46,584 nt of DNA, taken from NCBI GenBank assembly GCA_900088475.1, contig FLMG01000245.1, positions 1-46,584 of the forward strand. The letters are read 5' to 3'. Below are positions 22,401 through 34,559 of this stretch, in pieces. The position numbers and the translations under genes are program-made. The number at the start of each line of letters is the position of its first letter. The stretch's first letter is position 1. The notes under the pieces were generated by a model. It saw only the letters and a list, made by a program, of their open reading frames with translations. It had not been told where the DNA came from and made no database searches. Source of the DNA: Hyphochytrium catenoides. Lineage: Eukaryota; Protista; Hyphochytriomycota.

Positions 22401-25400
22401 GCCCAACAACCCAATCCAGTATCCGCCGGTCAAGCTCCACCCGCTGGTCAACAAGGTCTCCTGAGTCGCTGTGCCATCGGCCTCTATGGATCTTGACGAG
22501 TCCTCGAGTCACCTTGCGTCAGGAAGAACAACGGCGGAAGCAGCGACAGGTAACGGTAAACACGTAGAGCGGATACGCCTGATTGTGCTGGTCTCTACAT
22601 GGCCCTATCCCTGGGTTATCAATCTCTTTCTATTCTGTGAACGTATTCCTCTTCCATAGCATTCTCTAGTAATATGCGATGAGCACTGTTAAAATGGCTC
22701 TATCGCGAAGCTCCGCACCCTATTTTCTGTCTCTTCTGTATCCCTCCTGATGCATATCGCCTTCGTATCCGCCTAATGCTCTATCACTGATTAAACGCAC
22801 CAGTTTGGCAGACTTGTAGAAGTAGACCCGATGCTCAATTTGAGCCTGGAAAGTATCGCAGAATACTGAGATCACCTGGTTGATGGTAATGCTCTCATCC
22901 ATTCTTTGCACGGGCGAGGTGTCTACTCCCTCCAACAGCACCTTCACCACTGGGGAGACGGTCTTCCCGATGAGGAGTACAATTACATTTTGTTCAAAAC
23001 TATTGAGTCCTAATTTCCGGCACATGATCTGCAGGAAAGAGCCAGTTAGCACGATTAACACGACATGGAAAACGATGATGCGAATTCCTTCAAACAGCGG
23101 CCTCAATCACACGGATTGAGACAGGCGCTGAACCAATGCTGGTGAAGCAGGCATAAAGAAAGTAAAGCAGGCCGCAAAGAGGCTGAAATACAGTTCGCAT
23201 CGGACACTAGTACCTCTAATCTGGGGAGAGCCAAGCCTTTGGCTTCGGTTTCCTTCAATCTCTTTTGAACCTTACTTTCCAGCACCTTCTGTTTGGCCTG
23301 GAGCTCTCTTCGGCCCGCTTGGGATCCGCCGGAGTTTGAGTCCCAGGGCTGCTTAGTTCCCTGTAAGAAATGCAGATGAGAATGGAGTATGTTTTGCTGT
23401 GCACTTGCTACCATTCTCTCGCTTTTCCGCTCCCCAAATAAATTGACAGTCGTATATGCCAATTGGGACTTACGTCCTTACTCTGGAGTGTTAAGGAGTT
23501 GATCCGCTATAATCCACCACCCCTTTTTCCCTTATTTCTATTTGGGCCGAGCTCAGTTCCTCCATTGATTGTTCTGTAACACTTACCGCCTCCTTCATCT
23601 GGTCCTTCATCCGCGCACCGGACGCTCTGATCGTGAAGGCCAACACTTGGAAGCGGTCCTCCAGGTAGTCCAGTTGGTTATCGTTCGAGTATGGACCTAA
23701 ACTATCATCCACCCCAGTTGCCGTTGGATGGTCAGATGTGTTCAGCACCTCTCCACCGCTGGTATCATCAGTGTTTTGACCATGCCCGAGGTTTGAAGCG
23801 GTCTACAATGAGGTTGTGGCAAGTGAACGGTCAGTCTATACAGTCCCGAGATGCTGATCGCAAGAGAAAAACAGCAACCATACAAAGCCATAAAATAAAG
23901 GAAGAACGAAAGGGCAAATGACAATATGTGGAGCCACATGCGATGCCTGAGTAGTAAGACCAATTGAGACATTCAGAGGTAAAGAGACGAGAAAAGACAT
24001 CGCGACCCTCATGCGCCTTACTTTTCTCTTCCTCCTGTGCATATTTATTATGGACTTGACTGTCGTCCCCTCCTCGTCATAATCTTGTTCACTGCTGCTG
24101 GTAATCTTTCCTACTTCAGACGAGTCTTTCTCCAACCTTCCTCCAGTTTTCAAGGCGCTTGATTTAGAGCCCTTTTCTATCTCCTCTTTAGCTCCTTTTG
24201 AAGTACCAGCTCTTCCCGTCAGGTGTTTGGGTTCTATGAGTCCTTCCTCTCGCAAAAGGACCTCCATCTGAGTTTGACTGACTTTCAGCTTCTGGTTACT
24301 CGTTAAAGTGCGTCCTTTGAGATCAAAAAGCAGAGTGCCTTCAGTTACGGTGACATGGTGACCGAAAGAAAGGTATAGCAAGTCCCGGGGCGATAATCAG
24401 TCTAAGTTAAGGTAGGAGGGATGATAGCAAGGACTCAAGAGCAAAGAGAGGAGACAGAATGAAGGTAACTTTCCCCTAGCGTAGTCAGGCTTCTAGGATA
24501 GTTCAAGCTCTACCTACCAAGGAGAAATCTAACCGAAATGTTGGTTAGGCGAAGGGAGATGCCGTAGTGATCATCATCTGTCAACACCGTTCCCTAAAAA
24601 TGGACAGGTTAATGGTCTGAATAGAGAGTCAGATAAAGGTAATTAGAAGGAAAACACGAACCTCCTTGACGTGAAGCCGCTCATCGTCATAGAATTCCTC
24701 AACGTCTATTTCTGACATTCCCTGCGAAGCAGAGAGTCAGTATAGGCTCTCCGCCTGCGTCCCGCAGGGATATGGCCTTTAAATGGCATCTCCCTCATGT
24801 TCTCTTTTTCGCCTCTCCCAAGCCGTATCTGCCTCTCCTCCTTTTCCTCCCTCCCTCCACTTTAAGAGCTTACCAACCGGTTAGCTCCTTCAATCCTCCA
24901 TATTTGAACTATATACGTACCACAAGCTTCTGACAAGTTACTGTGCGGCGGGATGGATCATCCTCTAGCAGCTGACTGCGAGCAGCATCACTTTGGGCTC
25001 CCTGAAGAACGACCAAAAAGTGAAGAAGCTCCGTCTCCTTCTCGGTCATTTTGTAGCGCTCCGCTAAGCGGAACACCCGGGGCTTTCTCTGCCAGCGGAC
25101 GGTCGTGGCCTCCAGTCTGCGCGTCCGGACTGTGATCAGATGCTTTACAAGGCCATCCTATTGAAAAAGCGGGAGCCAAAAGATACTAAGACGGCAGGTA
25201 TTGTCTCCTGAACATGAATAGCGAAGGAACAAACCAGAAGGCTGAAGCGATCTGCAAGCTCTTTTCGGTTAACTAGCCTCTCCTTGATGACTTTGGCCTT
25301 TCTCTCCTCCTGTTCTGAGCCCTGAGGAGCTTGGTCCACGACATCTGGCTTTACAGAGTGATTAGTGAGCTCTACTAATGCTCCTTGCCGCAGTGCGCGG

Positions 25401-25735
25401 GCCATAATGTACAGCTCATAAAACCAGAAATAGTTCGCCTCGCTCTCAAACGGCTTTGAAGGATCAACGTGTAGTTCCTGTGAGAACTCGGCTGCATCCA
25501 AGAAGTCGACAGTTAGTCGTGAGGTGAGCACGCACTCAACATATCCAAGCCTACCAAGAACTGTTAGAATGTACTGGTGTCCCTCTAGCTTCGCCAAGAT
25601 GTCGCTAACTCCTGCGTCTGACCGTTGGCCGTTCAATTCTTCTTGAGCTTCTCCAATTTTGATCAGTTTTCTGACCGAACCTTCAAAGTCTTGATCCTCA
25701 CTCCTGGCTCTCTTATCTCTTCCCGATGTCATCAT
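19406..25735 (-). CDS. Large multi-exon protein with winged-helix-like region and two tandem AAA+ ATPase modules (Afp15/Pvc15-like family)
   Basis: AAA1: LLCGASGTGKT, LLFFDECE, IVFLATNRPYDLDEAMHRRI. AAA2: VFYGPPGIGKS, VLVLEGLE, ELSAASISNAIFRAA. The N-terminal region contains LPRLE|IMCRKLGLNSFEQNVIVLLIG. Many GT-AG introns. The 5' exon linkage (24.4-25.7 kb) is less certain. Confidence 0.85.
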
Positions 25736-26312
25736 ACCAATACCGCAGACTTGCGGAGGCCCTTACGGCACGAGCAACCTTTATGAGCACTTCCGCCGGT
25801 TCGGAGAACCTGCAGGTTTAACCTCCAGGTCAGGCTACGACCTGGTCTACTTTGGCGCAAGTCCGGTTCCGCTTCCGTACTGCCGCCCAGAAGTCCTGGA
25901 GATGCTGCTTGAATGGGGCCTCTCAATCTTCGGATAGGCTAAGTATGGAGGTGAGCTAGGCTGCAGCAGAGCTTGAGCCAAATCACGAGGGACCGCGGTC
26001 AGAACCTGCTCCTCTTTCCGAAGGCATGGTCCTTCGCAATCTGCAGTTGTACCAAGAGATCAGAGGGCCAATCAACAGAGCTTCGCATCGGCTGTCCCAT
26101 CAACTATATACGGAATAAATGTGATAGTATCACCAACATTTCAGGGTATACGGTTCAGATCATAAATGTTCGAGTCCTCATTGCAGACAAAGACTGAAAG
26201 ACTATTCTTGTCCAACATCAAGCTCAGACCACCGTCACTGTCACTGTCTGAACGCTCAGAAGAGCAGAGAAAGTGATAGATTAAAAGTAAAGCTCCTTTA
26301 TTTATCCCAGCC

Positions 26313-26470
26313 TATCGGCCAGGTGCTTCTGACCATGAGGTATGGCAGTGCTTGGTGGACGAAGAAGGAGCAGAGATTATTTGAAGAACCTTTCTTGTCC
26401 AGGCCATCGGCAAGGTGCTTCTGACCATGAGGCATGGCAGGGCTTGGTGGACGAAGAAGGAGCAGAGATT
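26313..26470. repeat. Direct repeat (about 66-bp unit, 92-bp period) immediately 3' of the chitin synthase stop codon
   Basis: atcggc(c/a)aggtgcttctgaccatgagg(t/c)atggcag(t/g)gcttggtggacgaagaaggagcagagatt occurs at about 26314-26378 and 26406-26470. Confidence 0.92.
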
Positions 26471-29400
26471 CAAACAACATTAGGCATCTGTGCATTCCGT
26501 TGTGGGGGATAATGCGGAGTCTGATGCTCGGCATACTGGATTGATGATGGGTCATCACGACCTTGTGGCCTTTCTCTAAGGCCATCTGGCAGGTCATAGT
26601 TGAGAGTGCAGCAGATGGTCATGGACTTAGTGGCGTGCTTTGCGATGAACAACGTTGAGAATATCAGCCTCCACAGGTTATAAACTCCCGAGATGCCAAT
26701 AATGATGTTTAGGTAGGTTGGGAACGGTACGTAGCTGCAGATGAGCACCACGTACAGAAGGTTGGATGCTACCCATTTGATCAACATTGATGTGCGAAAG
26801 CGCCCGAATTCTTTCTTGAGGTCGTCCTCCTCCTTGGCCAGAAGCTTCTTCCTCTCCTCCTCTGCCTTCGCCTTCGCTTTTATGTCCTCATAGCTTTGGC
26901 TTCCACTGTCCGCCACGCAAAGCACTTAGAAACTATCATGTGGTGGGACCAGAGCCTTAGAGCCAATCTTACCTGTCCTGGGGAGATGTTCCGTGGTTGG
27001 CACTATCCAGTCCTTTGGTACCCCAAGAGAGATCGTGGAGGTTGCAAAAGGAGTAAACAGAGAAAACGATAGACATCGTCGGGAGCAGGGCAAAGTACTA
27101 GATGATAGAGATAAGTGTCAGTACCACTAGAATAGCATCACGGTGTCTCTAGAGTTTTCTAGAAAGATACCATGCACCGAGACAACGAGGGCTGAAGGGC
27201 AGTTGAGCGGGTTAGAAGAAGTTGTAGCGATAACGCATCCCCTTTAACTGTTGGCTCAGACTGCTATCTGCTGTTGAAGATTATCTTACCTGTACGCATG
27301 AGAGAACTATATGATGGATTTCTCCGTGGATAGCACCAGCTATAAAAAACACGCCAATGACCAACAAAGCCACGATTATTGAGAAAAGGTCTAGTGTTCG
27401 GTATGAGGCCTGAATGAGTGCCACTAGGAAAGCCAGCATAGAGAAAATTGCAAAGAATATGGCAGATGCGAAGTAGTAGTCTGCGACATGTTGCCGCTTG
27501 TTTCCTAGTGCCACCACGAACTGCAGACCAATGAAGAGAGCCCAAAGGAGCTCATACACCCATTCGATCAAGTCGAGAACCCAGTCAGGAGCTCCAGAGG
27601 TGTCCATGAAACCCCATCTATTCGCTCGGATGCCGTCTATGAGGAGCGCATAGATAACCAGATAGAAGTTGGCCACCAGCGTCCAGCTGATAAAGACCTG
27701 AAGTAGCATCGAGCAGTACTGGAACATGAATCCCATCTGCCGCAGGCAAGAATGACGACTTTGATTTCGAATCCTGCCCCAGTTTTTGACAGTGTAGAGC
27801 AGCGCAAAGAAAGAGCCGTTCAACCAGCGCCGCCTCTGTCCCAGTAAGTCAACCAACGAGCGCGGGGTGTCCGTTCTTGCAATTGCGTTCTTGATGTACT
27901 GCAGCTTCCACTCACATTTCTCCCGAGCCACAATCTCGAAGCACAGAATGCGATCTTCCGCTAGGTACATGTTACCATTGAAGGGCCCCAGTTCCTTCTG
28001 AGGGGTAGAGAGTTGTTTGAAGTAAGCCTCTAGTGGAGGACCTTGGATAGCGCTGTACCGATAAGCCGAAAACGCTCCTGGAAGAACACTAATGTACCCG
28101 AAGACGCTTTCCGTGGCCTGTGTTGTTAAGTATGCACGCACAGATAGTCCGTTAAGGCCCAGATAACGCTTAGAGAGTGAGCAGGAAGTAACAATAAATG
28201 CACGGCAATATATCTGAGTGCGGTAGAGTTGATAGTGGACCGAAGGAGCGGAGATGGGATGACAGGCGGGAGGAAGAACAGGGCCATAGAGAACTAACAG
28301 GAATTACCTTGTCAAGTATGTTGGATACTTTATATTCAAAGTGCTGCGCTGCCACAACCCAATTGCAAAGAAGAGGCAATGGGGTGTCGACAGCAATCTC
28401 ACCACAACAACCGCCAATATTATCATCCACCTCCATTGCTGCCAGCAGCTTGTAGATGGCGGACTTGGTTGGAAGGGTTCCGACGTCAAGCAGGATGGTA
28501 AACTCCGGACTAACTTGTTCTGCAAAAGCATCAAAGAACCATTGATGGCTGTTGAGCTTGCCGGCGTTATGCTCCTTGAGTGCAAATACGATTTGCATTG
28601 GTGGATGGGGACTGTCCCCATCCTTTCGCAACAACTGAACCTTGCCTCCACTTCTGACAAGGCGGTGTTTGATCAGTGTTGGAGAGTACTGAAACATGTG
28701 CAGTTGCACATCCAGGCCAGAAGAGGTGATAAGCATAACATCCTCGTCAAAAAGACCTGCAGAAGACATTATCAATCGGGATTGACATGTGGCACTAGGA
28801 TGTAAGGTCACACACAGCAGTCGAAGACATCTTGGGGCTCTCTTCCACTGAAGTAAAAAGGTTACAAGGTGCGACAGACTAAATTAACGCACTCAAAATT
28901 TACAAGGTGCGACAGACTAAATTAACGCACTCACCAATGTTGCGAAGGAAGGAAAGCGTCCCTGGGTTAGCCTGTACTCTCCCGTCCGAAACTATGACCA
29001 CTAAAATCTGCTGCCAGGCTCTGTCACCTTCAAATCCTGGAAGTTTTTTGTTCCGGATGAAGTGAATATTATTCGCGACTTTGCGAAGCGTCATCTCGAG
29101 CTCCTTCTCATCTTCATTATACATGGTGATCACGACCATCAGCTTGGGGCGGCGGCCATACTGAAGACAGCGCAATGCGTAGCCATCACTTATGAAGTCC
29201 TTCGGACTAAGCAGATATGCTTCACAATTAGGTAACTGTATAAGGGGTGAGGAAGGAGGACGGGGTACTAACCGTTGCGTGGTGACTGCCGTATATGTCA
29301 TGCAAGTGAACTCTTCAGACGCAGATGGCGCTACTGGGGAACAGAGATCGGGCCCTAGATGATCTGCGACAAATGCAGCTACCGTCCTGCCCTTCTTCGG

Positions 29401-30023
29401 TGGACATGGCCCCAACATCCCGTTCTCGTACCAGTCTGCCAGTTGATCGCACCAATCCAGGATCTCCAGAGCCTTGGGTTCCAACTGGTCACGAATTGTA
29501 AGGTTCGGCTCGTTTCCCTCGATACGCATCAGCATCTCGCCAGCGGAAAGATAGCTGAGATACACAAAGATTTAGTCTTTAAGTCGCCAACTTTGGCAAC
29601 AAACTAGGTTACCTCTTCATGGCTCCCTTGTAGTGTCCTCCTTTTTCCGCCTCCACTCCGATCTTAACTAGCCGGAATACCTCGTCGAGAGAGTCTGGGG
29701 CAGTTACTTGGGCCATAGTCCGCGTGCTCGAGGGACCTCGTCGTGAAGGTCCGCTGACGGGTTGTGTTGGACGCGCAGTCTGACCTCCATGACGGTTCTG
29801 GGAAGTGCAAGTGTTAGCTGAAGGAGCCAGACGAAGTCTCCCATAAGGAAGCAGGGGCGCGGCTTCCAAGAAAAAAAAGTTATACCTGAGGGTGGGTTGA
29901 AAGCTCATTGTAATGTTGCGGCTGCCAGTGAGGCTCGGGTTGACCAATAGGTCCACTAGGAGCACTGGGCCATGGGCCATGTCCATGACTACCATATGCA
30001 CCATTTCCTCGCCCAGGCTCCAT
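26470..30023 (-). CDS. CHS: Chitin synthase (GT2, oomycete/division-1-like) with N-terminal MIT-like domain, multi-exon
   Basis: Motifs [82 protein letters not shown] and SWGTKG, plus C-terminal TM helices. Inferred start MEPGRGNG at 30023 splices in phase to the exon starting at 29797. Confidence 0.95.
28862..28933. repeat. 34-bp tandem duplication at the 5' end of a chitin synthase intron
   Basis: ttacaaggtgcgacagactaaattaacgcactca occurs twice (28862-28895 and 28900-28933). Confidence 0.92.
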
Positions 30024-30288
30024 GGGTCTTCAAGTAAGAAGCTATCTCGCGGAACACACTTGCCGTCTGTGCTAGTCGTGTAGATCTGAGCACACTCGTC
30101 AAGCACGCACCACAAGAGGCGGCAGTCGTCAAATCAACATAGTAATGATTACTCTGAACACTTTATGATAATTTACGAATCACTATTGACTGGGCTATCA
30201 ATAGGGAGTAAGCAAGCTAAGCCCGTATACCATTGGGAGTCACTACGACATACGAGAGAGGGAGAGGGAGGAGTGGCCAGGCTCCCGC

Positions 30289-31071
30289 ATGCTCAGTCTC
30301 CCATCACAATGCCAGTGTCCGCATCTCCGTACCATCCTCTTACTTGTGCCTGTGATCTCTACTCTTGAACAGCTGCGTCTCTCCTCCGCCGCCGCATGCC
30401 TGTCTTGTTCTTCTTCTTCCTTTCCTTTGGCCGTCGAGTCATGGTCTCCGTCTTTTTCGTCTCTTTTCGAAGAGTTGCCTTGTGTATCAAGCGTACAACG
30501 GATGTTCAGCAGCATTGTGGTGTACGACGACGCACACTACTTATTCTGCAACTGGAAGAGGGAACTAAACCTCAAGTCCTACGCCCGTCTTGAAGAGTCA
30601 GAACTTGCGGTTTGTATGGCGGTATGGACTGCGGACTTGAATATGTGGGTCAGTGAGTCAACGACAGACATTCCTAATATAGTGTATGGATTACCAATGT
30701 GTGTGGCCAACTTTCTGGAATCAAAGCAGATGTGCTTTACTGTACAAACTTGACAGTACTTGTACAAGTTCTACGCAGTTCAGCTTGCTTCCTTACGCCC
30801 GCTGTGTACCGCAACAATCCATCAAACCATCTTCATGATCTGTGAGCTGTCAGGTCTGCCACTTACCCCACCATAATCACGACGTTTGAGCTTCTTAGAG
30901 GCATTGGGAGGTGGCAATCTCTGTTCACATAGGTTTATTGTCAGTCTGGCAGTGTCAGTGCGCTTCCATCTGGCAATAGATAACAAAGAGGGTCGGCGTG
31001 GTGTTCTTGGCCTTATTGGTGGTCGGGCGTCGGGTTGGGAAGAAGTGCGAAGCGATGTGCTGCGACGATGA
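30289..31071 (+). pseudogene. Long single-frame ORF remnant with two internal stops, between the chitin synthase and DHHC starts
   Basis: ORFs 30289-30753 and 30886-31071 share one frame. Across 261 codons the only internal stops are TGA 30751 and TAA 30874. Confidence 0.35.
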
Positions 31072-32117
31072 GGAGTGCTGCTGCGATTTGTGCAAATGCT
31101 GTGCTCCCCTTTTTCGAGTCTGCCCAAATGGCAGCGGAGTCGTTCCTCTCGTTCTGGTCATAGCACTAATTGTTTGGATATACTCTGTTTTTACTATTTA
31201 TGCCTTGTTCCCTATGGCAACGGGAACGTCTCAACTCTACTCAGATGCTGCCATCTTTAACCTATGTGTGGGATTGCTTTGGATCTCTCTCTTACGGTGC
31301 CTCACCGAGCAAAGAATATTCATCAAGCCTGCAAAGGATAGAAAGGAAATGTCTGAAATACCACTTGCTCCCGAGAAGGTAAAAGAGACCAAATGGAACG
31401 GAGATAGACGTTTCTGCCGTAAGTGCAACCAGTACAAGCCCGATCGTGCTCATCATTGCTCAGTATGCAACATGTGTGTCTTGAAGATGGATCATCACTG
31501 CAATTTTATCAACAAGTAAGTCTATACTCTTCACCGTGGTTCCTCACAGTGTACTTAGAAGACGCTTGTCCGCCTACCCTATGTAGATGCATTGGCTTCT
31601 GGAACTATAAGTTCTTTATCCTCTTCCTCTTCTGGGCAGTGGTTAGCTGCGGATATGTTTCAGTCTTTCTGTACAACCATAGCTTCCATGCGGCAATCAC
31701 ACGTATGCTGCTGGACTGGCACGGATTCACGGACCCTGCTTCTCAGATCTGCATGGTCTTTCTGGTGGCTGCTGTCCTCACCTTTGTGCTCGGGGGCTTT
31801 CTTGTTATGCACCTCTACCTCATTGCTCGTAATTATACGACCATAGAACATTGTGAGAAGCGAACTTCGGGAGATTATATTCACATCTGGAGCCTCGGAT
31901 TCTTAGCCAACATGGCGGAGGTGGGTGCATGCTATGAAGTTGGTGCTTCACGTGCTGGGGCCATTTACCACGGTACTTACCATTTAGCATGACCCTACCC
32001 TCACAGGTATTTGGAGGTCTAGGAGAGTGGTATATTTGGTTACTGCCAGTCCTTCCACGAGAAGCCAAGCAGACAAAGGGTAACTATTTTCGTGTGCTTG
32101 ATGCTAAACGGGATTAG
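31055..32117 (+). CDS. DHHC-type protein S-acyltransferase (palmitoyltransferase), 3 exons
   Basis: [35 protein letters not shown]|[20 protein letters not shown] motif, NMAE|VFG...WLLP and four hydrophobic segments. Confidence 0.95.
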
Positions 32118-32975
32118 GAACCGGAACTGCAACAGAAGGAAGGGAAAAAGTGGATAGCGTGGTCTTGTTGCCTTCATACAAGAACCCTGTTTACCACTCA
32201 CTAGATGAGGCGTCACGCAAGACAATGCCTTTCTTTGGGCCTCCTTCGCTCTAGCGTTGCACAACTGGGCCACGTCCGTCGCTATCTGGCAGACTTGGCC
32301 TCACCACTACGAAAGTCAGCGTCCACCACAGGCATACTGCACGTCTACTATGGGAGAGGTGTGTTAGGGTGCCTTGTGCAGCTGGAAAATGTAATGTTTT
32401 TCATTGTCTCCTTCCGATAGTAAACAATGAAAGCATGATATACGTTCACACTGCAGGATTTCCGAAGGAGGTCATTACCTCTTTTTATCATATAGACCAG
32501 GGGTAGATGAAAGTCGAAGGACAGACGACGTGACCTATCATTTAGCAGAAGCGTTTAAGGTAGCACTTCTCAGGGGTTAGGTGTATCACAAGGGGAAAAA
32601 AGAAGGATGATGTCTGCAGACAGATACAGCAGAGGAAGAACGGGCAAGCTTTCTGGGGCTTGGTTTGGCAGCTTTTCTCCTCTCTATCTATGATCTTTCA
32701 AGCGTTGATGATGTTTCACCCTTCTTGAAGGTTACTTATCTAAGTACAACAAGCCTCTTCAAGGTACACATTTAACCTGTTAGGAAGACCTTTATCTACG
32801 GTACTTATATAGATCCTATCCATAAGCCGTTCTGATCGGATGCAAACATCGGTTTTTCAAAGCACAATGATCTTCCTTCTCATCGCAACTGCTACGTTCT
32901 TAGCAAGAAGACAGCAGGGCAGATTCGTGAAGCGTGCACTCCTGATTGCTCATTTAAGCTATTGTCAAGGTCAAG

Positions 32976-34480
32976 ATGGCTGGTTCCCAAGTAAGGAAGC
33001 TCTTGGTAACTCGAAGGATCCCAAGCATCATAGGTAAGCGTTCTCGAAGATAGTTTCAAGATCTGCTTCTTGGTACTTCAGTGGTAGTAACACTCTCACC
33101 ACATCTCCAGAGCGCATAAATAGCCAGTTCCCTGAAGCGCAGACGCTTCATCCCCAAGAGGATGGAAGCAAGGTCATGTCACGGACAGGTAAAGGATTGA
33201 TCCTATCAGCTGGGGAAAGATAGCCCTATTCTGACAAGCAAATTCTCTGCTACAGACTTGCTGACTTCTGTGGAAGGCTGTGATGGTATATTCTGCCTCC
33301 TTACCGACCGGATAGATGAAGTTGTTTTAGCAAGAGCCGGATCTCAACTCAAGATAGTATGCATCATCTGTTTCACCTGGGCCTGACCCTACCCTCTACG
33401 TCCCGCTGACATTGAAGCATTGACATTCAGGTTTCTACGATGTCCGTCGGATACAATCATATTGACGTGGAGGCGTGTTCTAGGCATGGTGTTCGAGTGG
33501 GCTACACACCAGGTAGCGTTACAACTTTATTGACTTCCCGGCGTTAGTATGAAGGCGATGATGAAAATCTTTACCTTCATTCTTGTAGGCGTGCTGGACA
33601 AGACGACAGCAGAGACTGCGGTAGCCCTCGCGTTCACAGTGAGTAGGGCCATTATGCCCTGCATCAATGCAGCGAAGAATGGAGATTGGAATGTCTGGCA
33701 ACCTTTCCAGTAAGGGTCGGGACCTTATCAAGGCAGTCTGGATAGGATTATGTACCATAACTCTGCTAAGGTGGTGACGCCCTTCCCTCTTTGCAGGTTC
33801 TGCGGGACCGACATATCAGAGACAACGGTGGGAGTTGTTGGCCTTGGCAGAATAGGCACAGAATTTGCAAAGATGATGAAGAATGGCTTCGGTTGCCGGA
33901 TAATCTATTCTGGCCCAAGACCCAAGCGAGAGGTAATTGTACTCCCGACCCTCGATGAGTGCCAACGATTTGACGCGTAACATTCCCGTCGAAAGGCTGA
34001 AGCTCTCCTAGACGCTCAGTATCTACCTTTGGAGGAACTATTAAGAACAAGCGATATTGTCAGTGTACATACACCTCTGACTGAGGCCACACGGCGCCTG
34101 GTCAACAAAGACTTTTTGGAGACGATGAAGCGTTCCGCTATCTTGATTAATACTAGTCGAGGAGAAGTGGTAGACCAGGTAAGCACATTACGGACGGGAC
34201 GCACCAGAGAGTTTCAGATAAGTACCTGACATTCACTCCGTAGGAGGCGCTGTATGAGGCGTTAACAACCAGGAAGATCTGCGGCGCCGGTCTCGATGTT
34301 ACTGATCCTGAGCCTCTCCCACCATCCCACAAACTCTTTCAGCTAGAAAATTGCGTGATCCTGCCACACATCGGCTCGGCAACCTTTCGAACACGTCAAA
34401 AAATGGCTGACATCGCTGTACAGAATCTCATAGCAGGGCTGAGGGGCGAACATATACCCCATTGCGTTAACCCCTATTAA
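32976..34480 (+). CDS. GRHPR: Glyoxylate/hydroxypyruvate reductase (D-2-hydroxyacid dehydrogenase), multi-exon
   Basis: Motifs [44 protein letters not shown] (Rossmann), [22 protein letters not shown] and ILPHIGSAT. Confidence 0.94.
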
Positions 34481-34559
34481 GCATTGAGCACATCAACTTC
34501 GCCTCCACTTGGCGCTAAATAGTCTTCAACAGAGCCTACGAAATTGTGTCCAGAGTTCT

